NCBI RefSeq assembly: GCF_018977255.1
Contig: NW_024704742.1
Location: forward strand, 17,424,001-17,488,000
Direction of reading: 5' to 3'
Length of the DNA: 64,000 nt
Origin: Callorhinchus milii
Lineage: Eukaryota
Positions 1 through 12,265 of the stretch are shown here, piece by piece. How positions within the stretch are numbered: position 1 is the stretch's first letter; every line of letters begins with the position of its first letter. The notes below the pieces were generated by a model. That model was not told the DNA's origin. It ran no database searches and saw only the letters and a list, made by a program, of their open reading frames with translations. The translations under genes were made by a program, and so were the position numbers.

Positions 1-610
1 TGACCCTCTCCCCACCCTCTCTCTGCCCCCCTCCCTCTCTACCCCCTCCCTCTGCCCCCTCCCTCTGCCCCCCCTCCCTCTGTCCCCCCTCCCTCTGCCC
101 CCCTCCCTCTCTACACCCCTCCCTCTCTACCCCCCTCCCTCTGCCCCCCTCCCTCTGTTCCCCTCCCTCTGCCCCCCTCCCTCTCTGCCCCCCCTCCCTC
201 TGCCCCCTCCCTCTCTGCCCCCTCCCTCTCTACCCCCCTCCCTCTGCCCCCCCTCCCTCTGCCCCCTCCCTCTCTACCCCCCTCTGCCCCCCTCCCTCTA
301 ACCCCCCCTCCCTCTCTACACCCCTCCCTCTCTACCCCCCTCCCTCTGCCCCCCTCCCTCTGTTCCCCCTCCCTCTGCCCCCCTCCCTCTCTGCCCCCCC
401 TCCCTCTGCCCCTCCCTCTCTGCCCCCTCCCTCTCTACCCCCTCCCTCTGCCCCCCCTCCCTCTGCCCCCTCCCTCTCTACCCCCCCTCTGCCCCCTTCC
501 CTCTAACCCCCCCCTCCCTCTCTACCCCCCTCCCTCTCTACCCCCCCTCTAACCCCCCCCCTCTAACCCCCCCCTCCCTCTCTACCCCCTCTGCCCCCCC
601 CTCCCTCTCC
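1..610. repeat. C-rich polypyrimidine minisatellite (CCCTCTCTACCCCCCT / CCCTCTGCCCCCCT units, ~14-16 bp) immediately upstream of TADA2B
   Basis: Almost pure C/T on the + strand. The rare variant CTACACCCCT recurs at 111 and 316, which indicates a ~205-bp higher-order duplication. Confidence 0.95.
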
Positions 611-675
611 GCCGTGCAGTGCGCAGGCTCAGGCTGAGGGCCGGGGAGGGAGGGCCGCTCCCTCGCTCGGCAGCC

Positions 676-1938
676 ATGGCGGAGCTGGGCAAGAAGTACT
701 GCGTGTACTGCCTGGCGGACGTGAGCGGTCTGCGGCTCCGCTGCACCGAGTGCCAGGACGTGGAGCTGTGCCCCGAGTGCTTCTCGGCGGGCGCCGAGAT
801 CGGCGGGCACCGGCGCTGGCACGGCTACCAGCTGGTGGACGGCGGGCGGTTCGCCCTGTGGGGGCCGGAGGCGGAGGGCGGGTGGACGGGCCGCGACGAG
901 CAGCTGCTGCTGGACGCCATCGAGCAGTTCGGCTTCGGCAACTGGGAGGACATGGCGGCCCATGTGGGCGCCCGCGGGCCGCAGGAGGTCATGGAGCACT
1001 ACGTGGCCATGTACATCCACGGCAACCTGGGCCGCGCCTGCATCCCCGAGCTCATCCCCAACCGGGTGACCGACCACACCTGCCCGGCCGGCGGCCCGCT
1101 CTCGCCCAGCCTCACCACCCCGCTCCCCCCGCTCGACATGGCGGCCGCCGAGCAGCAGCAGTTGGGCTACATGCCGCTCCGCGACGACTACGAGGTGGAG
1201 TATCTGCAGGACGCCGAGGCGCTGATCAGCGGCCTGGCCGTCAACTACGACGACGAGGATGTGGACATCGAGCTGAAGCGGGCCCACGTGGACATGTACG
1301 TGAGGAAGCTGCGGGAGAGGCAGCGGCGCAAGAACATGGCCCGGGACTACGGGCTGGTGCCGGCCTTCCTGGGCAAGGAGAGGAAGGAGAAGGCGCTGAA
1401 GAGGAAGGTGACCAAGGAGGAGAAGGAGCTGCGGGTCAAGCTGCGGCCGCTCTGCCAGTTCATGTCCTGCAAGGAGTTCGAGGACTGCTTCGACAACCTG
1501 CACAAGGAGCGGGCGCTGCGGGCCAAGATCCGGGAGCTGCAGCGCTACCGGCGCAACGGCATCGCCAAGACCGAGGAGTCGGCGGAGTACGAGGCGGCCA
1601 AGCACAAGCGAGAGAAGCGCAAGGAGATGAAGAACAGCGCCGGGGCCAAGCGGGGCAAGGACGACGGCGGCAAGGAAGCGGGAGCGGAGTTCAACTCCAT
1701 GGAGAACCTGCCCGGCTTTGACCTGCTGTCGGATCGGGAAAAAGTACTGTGCAATTCGCTCAACCTCAGCCCGACCCGTTACCTGACCGTCAAGACCATC
1801 ATCATCAAAGACTATCTGCAAAAAAGGCAGGGCATCCCTTCGAAGAGCCGTCTGCCCAGCTACCTCGACAAGGTTTTAAAGAAGAGGATACTGAATTTCT
1901 TAACAGAAAGTGGCTGGATATCCAGGGATGCCTCTTGA
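676..1938 (+). CDS. TADA2B: Transcriptional adapter 2-beta (SAGA HAT module; ZZ zinc finger, SANT, C-terminal SWIRM), 420 aa, single coding exon
   Basis: Kozak GCCATGG at 673-679. Protein MAELGKKYCVYCLAD...CPECFSAGAEIG...EQLLLDAIEQFGFGNWEDMAAHV...LGYMPLRDDYE...KRILNFLTESGWISRDAS is recognisably vertebrate TADA2B. The neighbouring GRPEL1 and SORCS2 match human synteny. Confidence 0.97.
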   Translation: MAELGKKYCVYCLADVSGLRLRCTECQDVELCPECFSAGAEIGGHRRWHGYQLVDGGRFALWGPEAEGGWTGRDEQLLLDAIEQFGFGNWEDMAAHVGARGPQEVMEHYVAMYIHGNLGRACIPELIPNRVTDHTCPAGGPLSPSLTTPLPPLDMAAAEQQQLGYMPLRDDYEVEYLQDAEALISGLAVNYDDEDVDIELKRAHVDMYVRKLRERQRRKNMARDYGLVPAFLGKERKEKALKRKVTKEEKELRVKLRPLCQFMSCKEFEDCFDNLHKERALRAKIRELQRYRRNGIAKTEESAEYEAAKHKREKRKEMKNSAGAKRGKDDGGKEAGAEFNSMENLPGFDLLSDREKVLCNSLNLSPTRYLTVKTIIIKDYLQKRQGIPSKSRLPSYLDKVLKKRILNFLTESGWISRDAS

Positions 1939-4900
1939 TGTTTAACTTCCCTGAAACAAACTGCTTATTTCTAGTCACGCCATCTCCCAAGAGCTTTTTT
2001 TAAAAAAGAGTTCGTAAGGTGAACGTGGCTTGAGGTGTGCTCGTACTTGTTTTTCTCATGGGGTCTGGACGCAACGTTTTCGTAAGATTTGAAATTTTGC
2101 AAAGCATAACAGGCCTGTAAACTCGATTGGTATCTTGGAAGAGACTGGTAAATATTTAAACAAGTTCTGTTTGATGGAACCTGAAGTATGACCATGAAAA
2201 TGCCTGTGTGAGATAAAGAGGCACTAGTCTCAGCTGCTGTCATCGGAGTCAGAATTTAAGAAAATCAGACCTTGGAAGTCAAAATGTCACCTTATCTTAT
2301 TCCATTGAAGTTCAGAGCCGCACATGGATCCATTCTTGCCAAATCTTCTGGCTTCGTGCCGCAACAATTGTTTTACTAATATTCTAGTGGAAAAAAGACT
2401 CTTGTATCAGATTATTGTTGTATTTAATAGGTTCGTTGAGGAACTTTGCAGTCTGACTGATACATTTTTCTGCTTGTTGATTCCGTCACGGGTAAAGATA
2501 GAGAAAGGAAGCCAATGCCTGTCCCGATGTAGGAGAGTGGCAGGTTCCACTGACTGATTCTCTTAATTTCCTGTGGTAAAGAATGAGCAAATAATTGTCT
2601 GAATGGCAGTTCTTAAAGTATTATTTCTGATGTCATAAGTTATGTTTAAAAAATTACTCATTTCTGGAAACTTGTGTCCCAAGGACTCCTGGGTTTAACT
2701 GGGATGTGGGAGTACCAGAATCGCTCGCAGAAAGTCAGATGTTGGATCCAGAAATTCAACCGTCGGATGCAGTACTGCCTTAACTCGATTCAGAAAAGTC
2801 CAGGAATTATACCTTTTGACTAATGAAAGATTTCATCTGACTTTCTGAAAGTGTTTGGTGTAAAGAAATCTAGAGAAATTGAGTCAGCTATTTCAATAGG
2901 GTTTGAAATGAGCAATGGCCCACTGATCTAGTCTTATGTATGGTTCAGAACGGACTAGTGATAGTTAAGTGTGATTGGTCCAATAGATCAGTTAAGTCCA
3001 TTCCCAAACCATTGCACTGTACTACCCTGCTTCTACTCGCAGAAAGTTTGCGGAGACTTTATAAACTGCCTTCAGCAAGCACTTGTACGTGTATAAATGT
3101 GCATTGATTTTGTTTTAAATTCCTGTATGTTGCGGAAAAACACTGGGTTTAATGCATAGAATTGCCAGTTATTGACTTTGGTGTTTAGTAATGTGCAAGC
3201 CTCAATTTTGAACCTTATTTAAAGCTTTTCAGTTTTGGCGCTACCAGAAGCTGTAGCAATTTTTTAGCCCCAATTTCCATTTCCTTCCTTCAGGTCATCT
3301 TCACACAATAACATTTCCCCCCCATCCTCCCCACCCCTCTCCTGGAGGAGATGGTCAGGAATTCTGCTCCATGGTGGTTGCTACACTGTCTATTGTGAGT
3401 TATGTGAGAGCAAGTGCTGCTTCTCTTTCCTACTTATTTAATTTATTTCCCTCCCCTCTCGTTGGTGTGGGGAAGCAGCTTGCCTTTACTCCATACTTTC
3501 CCAAAAAAGTACAGAAACTGGGGACTTCTATTGGGAAACGTAATACCATGTTAAGTCCACTGTGACATAGCCTTCAAACTCTATGCTTTCAAACTCTAGT
3601 AGAAAAGCTAGTGATGACTAGGATGAGATTTTTTCAATCAAAATTACTGTATATTTGTTTGCCATAAAGTAAGGGCTGCCTGCCACATACCCATCCAGGT
3701 GGACTGTCACCCTGAAGTTGTTTGTGGCATAAAACAGTGAGGAAATAATGCACATGTATACATTGCCATAACATATTTGTTGCAGATTGTTTTGTAAAAG
3801 AATGATGTGGAAGACACTTAATGGGTAGAAAAGGTGCTTGGTTTATAGGGACCCGCAATTTGCAAATGATAGGTTCTGGATGCTGAAGATTGCACTTTTG
3901 AGGTCGAAGTTAGTAGTTCATGAATGGCAATACATTTATTGCCTAATGGACAATTTTGTTGGAATGGACAAAAAAAGATGGAACTCGAGGATACTAAGCA
4001 TCGAAAATATTCAAGAAGTAAGCTGACCACCTAACTCATTGGTCTCTGGTTATACGTTTGGCAACCAGCCAGCCAGGCTCATCAGTAGGATGTGGAGGTA
4101 TTATTCCCACTCGGCTCCCGTTAACCCTGCAAGCCAAAGCCCTAAAGATCCTACCTGGACAAGCAAGTGGGATGCTTGCCAGAATTGCTTTCATTGGCAA
4201 TCTATGTGGTTTTAGTTGGTAAACTTAAGCAGTACAACAATGCACACGCTGAGGTTCCCAAGTCTTGGCTTTTGCCAACCTGTGACCAGTACTCCCTGGC
4301 ATTAGGTAAGCACAGTGGTCCCTCCAGGGAGAGAGTCCACTTTCTATTCCAGCCATGGGAATTTTCATGGGCAAGTGGCATGCATGAACTTTGTCTGGTT
4401 TGCATAGTGATGGTATTCCGCATATGACAGACACCTGGCTGACTGGAAAATATATATTTTTTAAAAGTTTGGCATTGCAGCACCCCACGATTATCTTTAT
4501 ATCAAGGGAGTTCTATGTGAAACTCGTGTAGCAATAGAAGTCATGGGATAATTTGGTTGGAGGTGCATTTAAAGCTATTGATCCACTGCCCAGCTTCAAG
4601 CACCACATCATTCCAAGTGTCCTGTTGAATTCCTTTTTCATGTCAGATTAAAATTGTAACAGCATTGTTTATGTGAGAGAAATCGCATCAGTCACCATAA
4701 CATTGTGACCATCGTATGTCCTTTGTGCCTGTTCTTATCATTGGAATATTGGCTTGGGGGAGGAGTTGAGCTAGTTCATGTGAGAGATGTGAATTAATTA
4801 GTTAAAATGGTAATATGACCAGAGAGTCCTTGAGTTCCTCTGTTGATAATTCAGCTCTTGCACTGCTGGTTTCAGTAACGCCTGATAAAGTGTATTGTAG

Positions 4901-6347
4901 TTCACTTTTGGAAAGGATACAGAGTTACTGGCTTTAAGAAAGGATTGTGAGATTTTAGAAACTAGATAGATCATCTCTTATTTTAGTGAATTATTTTCTT
5001 CCACTTTTTGTCTGAGGTCTCCTTCCTTTTGATGTTGCGCAATATGAAGATGGATGGACAGGAATGAATCCCAAAGGTGTAGGAAGTCAACTGGTGATGT
5101 GCATTCCATCTCTATTTACATTTCATTCCTGTATTGTATAATATATAAAAAGTGCCTCATTTTGCCTTGGATATTGAAAAATGTCTGGTAAAAAGCTAGA
5201 CTGAGTTGACTATATTAGTCGTTGGGTGATTGGAATCAAAGAAAAACAGGCACCTGACACTGGATGTGTAAGAACATGCAAATTACACAAAGCCTCTGCC
5301 TTCCACTAGATGACTGGAACATATTAGTATACAGTTGGGAACGCGTTACGAGGCTATAAGAAAGATGCTTTCTTTTGACTTTCCTTTCATACTTTACTCA
5401 ATTATTTGAATCCAAAGTCTATTACCAAATTGCTTCATTCTTTTACAATGTGCATATTTCTTTCCTCTTTCAGACCTTTTCTGTTATTTTCATTGTTATC
5501 CTCTATAGCACCTTTTTGTATGACTGCATTGGCAGGGCGGTGGCATTGTAACATAATTATGGTAGGGACAGGGCAGCTGGCAGGAGTGTGTTTAGCTTAG
5601 TGGACCATTGAATACATTCCAGAGTCGATGAATGCTTCGCTTACGCTATTGCATGTGGAAAATGTAAGCTTTCTTGCATTCTGCTTTCAATGAGCACTAG
5701 CCTTTTCCCCTCTGGGACATGGAATTGGAATTCATCCCGAGTAACTGGGATGGAACTGTCTTTTTTGGGGTCCTGTTGCAAAAGTTCACTTTTTCAGACT
5801 TCTGAACCCAGCCAAAGGTGGCGATAGGATGAAGATCTAGTGATGAAAATGGGAATGGCTTGCACTGGTGGAATGGGAGGTGCCTTTCTCTTTGTGGTTG
5901 AAGTTAAAGGATATTTTTGAAGTTGAAGGAATTTTACTCAATTTCTTTCTCAACTTTTTGTGCTGTCTGACCTGGGAGTGCTGACACTGATGAAGTATAT
6001 TTTCATCTCAGCACTAATGCTTTCCTTTAATGTTCGCAAAAAATGACTAGAAATATATATTTCTAATCAATTTATATATTTCTAGTGAAGGGTGTATGGG
6101 ATGCAGAGAATTTGCTTTAGTTTTTATTTAATGACTTGCTTTAACTGAATATCAATGATTTTGGTCAGTGAGTGGAACCATTATCTTGTTATCTGTATGA
6201 TAGAAGGATGTGCAGATCTGAGACTTTCAGTTATCTAAAATCTAAGGTTGTATCAAATCATCAAGCATTCACAGCTAACTATTTCTTTATTGGAATATAC
6301 ATGCAGGAAAAGTTCAGTCAGTGTAAGCTGTTGTTTCCAGTCTAGGT

Positions 6348-6353
6348 AATAAA
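6348..6353 (+). terminator. Candidate TADA2B polyadenylation signal AATAAA
   Basis: AATAAA followed by T/GT-rich sequence (TTGTTTTTTGTTCAGTGGTGGTATGTTGTTTG). Alternatives are ATTAAA at 4648 and AATAAA at 9875. Confidence 0.35.
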
Positions 6354-9054
6354 TTGTTTTTGTTCAGTGGTGGTATGTTGTTTGAAAGTAATGAGAAGCT
6401 ATTTTTCTGTTTGTCTGGAAGATGCACTGATGTTTTCTTTTAAGGGATTTGTTTCTTACCAGAAAATGAATCGCACTTTTCCAACAGAGTGAGAAACTCC
6501 GTCTTTTCACTGTGAAATTTGTACACAAGTTAAGTAAGGTGCTGGATGAAGCCAGTTAAATCATCTGGCAATTATAAAAATGAAACTTCTTTGAGCTATT
6601 ATTGCCCTTTTAAATTCACAAATTAGTTACTCTGAGGATTGTGGTTTATATTTAGGTGCTGAGAAGAGTGAGAGACTGCCTGACAAAGTTGAAAGCTGAT
6701 AAAAAGTTGCAGTGATGTGGAATCTTCAATGTATATAAACATCAGATAGTTCGTGTTACTGTATAGTGTTAAATTGTGTTATTTTGAGCAAGGGGATGGT
6801 GTTGAAGTTTACTAAAATGAATGAGTCTGCCTTCTGAATAGGAGATAACAGAAGAGCACTGGTGGGAGGTAAGGCAGATTTGAAATTCTTGTGCTGTCCT
6901 CATTGGCAATAATATTGGAGAAGTTCATACAATCACCTGTGATGTGACTGTTGCAGTTTATGATGTTCCCAACCTATCTTTTTTCTTTAAATTATACAAG
7001 TACAAACTTAAGTTTTTCTTTTATATATTTCCGTTGGTATCTTCAGGAAGAGAGTTTTTTTACAATACAACATTTATAGTCTCACATGATAGGAAACGAT
7101 AGAGTAAACTTTATACCCTGTTTTACTAGGGTAATCACTGTGGCCTGTGTGCATAACAATATAATATTCAGGAATGTAGAATAACAAACAAACACTGTTT
7201 CTATTATATTGATTGCTTTATTTTGGATAGTTTATTTAATTGTAGACTCCCCCCCCCCCCCCCCGCTCATACATACACACAGATTCTCTTATTTTGATCG
7301 CCTCCAGACGTCATTGTGGCTTGGATTTATACTCTGTTCAGTGTTTCCACTCAGACATTACTTCCATCAGTAGCTAGCAGTTCTGTACAAAGATGGTCTG
7401 GAACACAGTGTGGTAACTGATGGACTTTGAGAGACTTTGTTTTTCTGACTTACTACAAAATTTGTACATTGTTTATTTGTGATATTTAATGACATTACTT
7501 TGTAAATGTGAATATTTGTAATTATGAAACAGTCTGTGACCCTTTGAGGAATTTTTTTTAAAAGCTTAAGTTGTAGCAAGTGTGTAGGTTTATTTTGGAA
7601 AAACAGCAAACTTAATGTGTGTTTGAAAAGTAAGTATCTAAATTTTTTATTTCTGAGATCTCTGTAAGAATCAGGGTTTCTGGTATAACCCACCCTGTCT
7701 CCTCAATGCTAAAAGTTCTTTGCACCTTTCAAATACCCATTTCATCATGTAACAGTCATAAAATAGTGCATTATTTTTGTAAATTTTTATTACTAGATTT
7801 TCAAGATACACGAGAAAAATGTAAAGAACTGCAGGCACTTCTTAACTCTTTTTTTAAATTTTTTTTAGATTTTATTTTGGTGCAGCAGTACTACTGCAGT
7901 CTCCCAGGGTTGGATAGGGTAATCTGTTCTGAAATCCATGTATGTATTTGTTTCTTGGGGGGATGAATGTAATACATTCAAGGCAATTTATATACTGTAA
8001 TAGTGTTCTGGAAACAAAAGTTGTGTACAGAGTAAGACACTAAAGGATTAAAAACTGGGTGCGTTTTATCAGTAGCAATGAATGCTTTCTTGTTCGTTAT
8101 TGCTTATGTTGATAATAATTTCCAATGTTTGTCCTTGGCGACTAATGAAAGCATTTCTCCTAAGATTATTCAAAGTGGGGTGTACCAGTTTTTTTATAGA
8201 AAGCGTGAAGCGGAGGTGGGTATTATTCATGGCATTATGTCAGACGCTTTTATAATAGATCACTAGTCTATGTCTGCTGAAGATCACTTCTCACTATGTG
8301 TATGGACCCCATCTATTTTCAGGTATTTGTACCTCATCTGATATAAGATCTGGAGAGAAACTTGAATGCATCTTAAATCTTTTTTTTAAAACATATTTCT
8401 TTGGTTTCTCCTGAACTGCTTTACATACATTTACCATAGCAACTTTAAAACCATTTACTTTCAATTTTTTTCAATTGCCCATAGTGGCAGCTAGTTTTTG
8501 AAATACTGCTATAATAATTTGACAGAATTATTCTTTTGGATACCTTGACTTTGATACTTCATCTGAAATGTGTAATGATTTGAAGGAACTGGACAAACAG
8601 TATTCTAAGTATGAAATTCAAAATCCAGCAGAACAAATCTAGCAAAAGTAGCAATGTTGTCTCTTTGATATTAAGTTCTCATTTCCATTTTAAAAGAACA
8701 CTTTATTTTTGTATATTCTGTATATGTTAATTTGTAGATTCCCTAGCATGTTACAGTAAATTTCTCCAACTCAAATGCCATTTTCCCCAGTTTAACATAT
8801 TTATTGAATCGCACAATCCTTGCTATGTCTCATGCGAACAAGTACAGTATACATTCTCACAGGAAAGAACATTGCTAGTGTCAGCTCTTCTATGCTGTGA
8901 CTTGTACACTGGACTGGAAATCCAAATCATTATTCCACCAGAATTTGTGCCAGGCATATCTAGGAAAAAGATTATCCTGGATAAGCATTTGGCCTTCTGT
9001 ATCTGTAGTGACATAAATGTGTCAACTTAAATTAAATTTCTGTACTTGCAGTAC

Positions 9055-9340
9055 AAATTACCTTTGTAAAGCGCTTTTCACAGCAGGAAGACGTCCCAAG
9101 GGGCTGGACAGTCAGAGATTTGGACCTGAACTGGGGATCTGGATAGGGGAGGGTAGGAGGGTGCCCAAAGGCCCAGTCGAAGAGGAGGGTTTTGAGACTT
9201 GCCTTGAAGGTGGCAAGGGAAGGAGTGAGACGAAGGGAAAGTGGGATGGAGTTTCATAGGGTGGGGGCTGAAAGCTCAACCGCTGATGGTGCAGCGGGCC
9301 AGGCGGGGACGTGGAGCAGACCAGAGCCTGGTGAGCGGAA
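9055..9340 (-). mobile_element. L2 LINE 3' end fragment
   Basis: GTAAAGCGCTTTTCAC...GACGTCCCAAGGGCTGGACAG is the reverse of the L2 tail seen at 17960 and 36600. Confidence 0.7.
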
Positions 9341-10847
9341 AGGTTGATATAGGGTCAGCAGGTCCTTATAATGTTCCTTCATACTTTATTAACTTTGAGG
9401 TACACTATAGCAAAAACATCTTTAGTTTCCTTTATTTCCTAAATTCGAGCTTGGGAAAAATAAGTATTAGTTTCAGTTTGAAGAACCTATATCCATCATC
9501 CACTAGAATTATCATCTAGAAATGTGTGCCTGTAATTTATAAGTTTTATACTGAAATACCCAGTTTTAGAAAAATAACGTTCGATAAGATCATGTTTGCT
9601 AAATGTAAAGACAAATTAACTTGTTGCATATAAATCTCTGGAGTGGGTTTTGTTGACATACATATAGAACTTATATCTATCCTGAAAGGTCTTTAATTTT
9701 CTCCCTTTGTGAAACTGAAAATGGATGATAATAATGTGGTTATCCTAGCTCAATTTACAAGTGTGGGGAGTGACATTAGCAGACGCCTAGGAATTAGGGA
9801 CCCACATACTCTGGAAAGTAATTGGAATGGCAAAAAGAGAAAGGCCTCGTCTTGTGATCTTAGTCTTTAAATGTAATAAATGTCTTAAATTCAGCTGTTT
9901 TTCTGCAGTTAAGAACTACAGAAAACAGACATTCAAGATGTTGGAAATCCACAGTAAGCATCTGAGATCGTCAGGTTGCTTTGGATGTGATCAGTTTTGA
10001 GAGAGGGGGTTCATTGAATGTAAACCAGTTTCTTTTCAAAGTGGATTTCTGTTTTTTTTACTTCTATAAGCATGTTTAATATAATTGTGTTCATGCACCT
10101 TTCTGGTCAGCTCCCAATTATGGAGCAGTTGAAGACCAGACCATAATGTAGTCGACCTCCAGCGTATTCCAAGAACCCACTACTGGCACAGCACGTGGAT
10201 TGCATGAAACGCATCCAAATCTCTGCAACAGGTCCACAGCTGTGAGCTATAGAAACACTGACATCACACAAAGCCCTGTAAATGCATAGCTTTGTAGCCA
10301 GAGACCAGCATCACCGCTCCAGACCCTATCAAGCCTAGTTCATCACTGAGCTCGCCGTGCTGATGTGTGCAGACATCCAGTCCACAGTAACCAAAGGAGT
10401 TGATATCACATCTGTAGCACCACAATCCATTGAATTGGTGCTTTTATAATCAGTTTGAGGAGTAAGAATGGTAAGATAGCTGGTAATGGGTTTCATTGCA
10501 GAAGATGAGGGAGAGGCATTCAGCTCTTATTATGAAAACTTCAATTTAAAAACTCAGCACCTGAACAGGTTCATTCTACTGGTCTTGCCGATGAGGTACT
10601 TGACTAGAGAGAATTTCACAAGTGGAAGCAGCAGGAATGTGTATGGATTAGATATCACCTAACTTCAGCTATGGGCCATCGAAAGTGACTTTGATTAGTC
10701 TTGAGTAACAAATTTTGCAACATGGACAATTTTTTTAGGTTAACCCACATGAAAATTAAATGCTGAAAATGTAATTATTGAAAGGCAGCTGATATAATTG
10801 GGGCTTATGATCCTAAAGATCAAACACATTAGTGGTGAAAGTTACAC

Positions 10848-10853
10848 TTTATT
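10848..10853 (-). terminator. Candidate distal GRPEL1 polyadenylation signal (AATAAA on minus strand)
   Basis: TTTATT on +, ~1.06 kb past the GRPEL1 stop. A proximal alternative lies at 11753-11758. Confidence 0.4.
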
Positions 10854-11915
10854 ATTATATCTGCAAGTTTCATATTTAAAAATGAACCAGACAGGCCATT
10901 ACCGACATTATTGCAGAACCCAGTTCAGAGGCAGTTAGTACAAAAATGTACAATGCTCAACAAAAACAAAATGATAGCATGAGAACTCCACAAAGCCACC
11001 TCTTTTCACACATTTTAAATGGATTCAAAATAGGAATTTCAATTGGTCACTTTTTAATATAAGTTTTGGAATACAATCATTCATTAGGGCACCTTCCACA
11101 AATAAGATCATGGTCTCTGTATAATAATTTCTAGTAATCATATGTATTGGGAAAACCATAATTGCCTCTAAATTAGCATTCCCTTTACCAGCTTGCTTAC
11201 TGACTAGCAGAAAATACTACTGACAGAATTTCAGCATCAGGCTTCATTCATGCAGCATTCAGGGATATCACACTTCATGGTTTCCAAACCTGATCAATTT
11301 ATTTGGACATTAATTAAAAAGTAAATGATACTGCCTAATTTTATAGTTTACAATTTTGAACAATGTAAAATATTAGTTGGTCCACAAACTGGACCATTAC
11401 CTATTATTTATGCACATTAAAGCCATACAAGTGGATACTTTCGATAACAGATACTTTCTATTTGATATGAAGATTGTTTTAATTGAGATTTCAAGAATAC
11501 TGTTCAAAATAGACCGCTAGCCTGTTTAGCTTGGCTTAGCAAAGAAAGACAAGTCCACTGTAGCCGGTTTACACATGAATGGGAAACAGGTGCAAACACC
11601 ACCAGACTATCTTAATTCAGAAAAATTTATACTTAATGGCAACAAACCACAGAGAACAAGTACAAATGTACCTCTGTACTGGATGCCACGAAAAATAACC
11701 TGTACCAGCCACTGCTGATAGCAATGAACAAGAGGGAAAAAACCTCGGCTTTTTTATTTTTAAAAAAACATCTTGCTATGTGTGGATGGACACATGGTGT
11801 AAAAATCTTCCAATACTCCACAGCGACCACAGGTTAGAAAGAAACTGTTCGCCAAAGAATACAGTTGTATGGCTTTGTGTTTAGCTAAACTGCACCAGTC
11901 AGTTCTCAGCATTAC

Positions 11916-12265
11916 TCAATGCCCTCCTTGTACAACACCAACTAATGCTGGCCTGAGGGTGCGCCCGTGAAGCTTGTATCCTATCTTTGTCACTATTGCC
12001 ACGGAGCCCGGTTCCTTCCCTTCCATGGGAGAACTGAATAAAGCTTCGTGCTCATAGGGATCGAACTTGGCTCCAACAGGATTTAGTTTGACTAGGCCAT
12101 GCTTAGAAAACACTTTCTGAAGCTGTACTTCAGTCATGACAAGACCCTCATAGAGGTTCTTCAGGTGAGGGTTCTGGTCTGTGATCTCCTCTTTGGGCAC
12201 ACTCGTCGTTGCCTTCTCAAGAACATCTGCCACTTCCAACAGGTCTTTGCAGAAACCCTGAACAC
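11916..12265 (-). CDS. GRPEL1: GrpE protein homolog 1, mitochondrial, exon 4 (last coding exon)
   Basis: Acceptor tttctgcttttag|GT GTT CAG. Encodes VQGFCKDLLEVADVLEKAT...FDPYEHEALF...GYKLHGRTLRPALVGVVQGGH* (GrpE signature). Phase 1 matches exon 3. Confidence 0.96.

Noticed and set aside
619..675. 19-aa N-terminal extension of TADA2B in the ORF track
   Set aside because: It starts at GTG. The ATG at 676 has a strong Kozak context and gives the known MAELGKK N-terminus.
538..1821. 427-aa antisense ORF and 323-aa alternative-frame ORF over TADA2B
   Set aside because: Shadow ORFs caused by extreme GC3. No recognisable domain, and the antisense ORF ends in the C-rich repeat.
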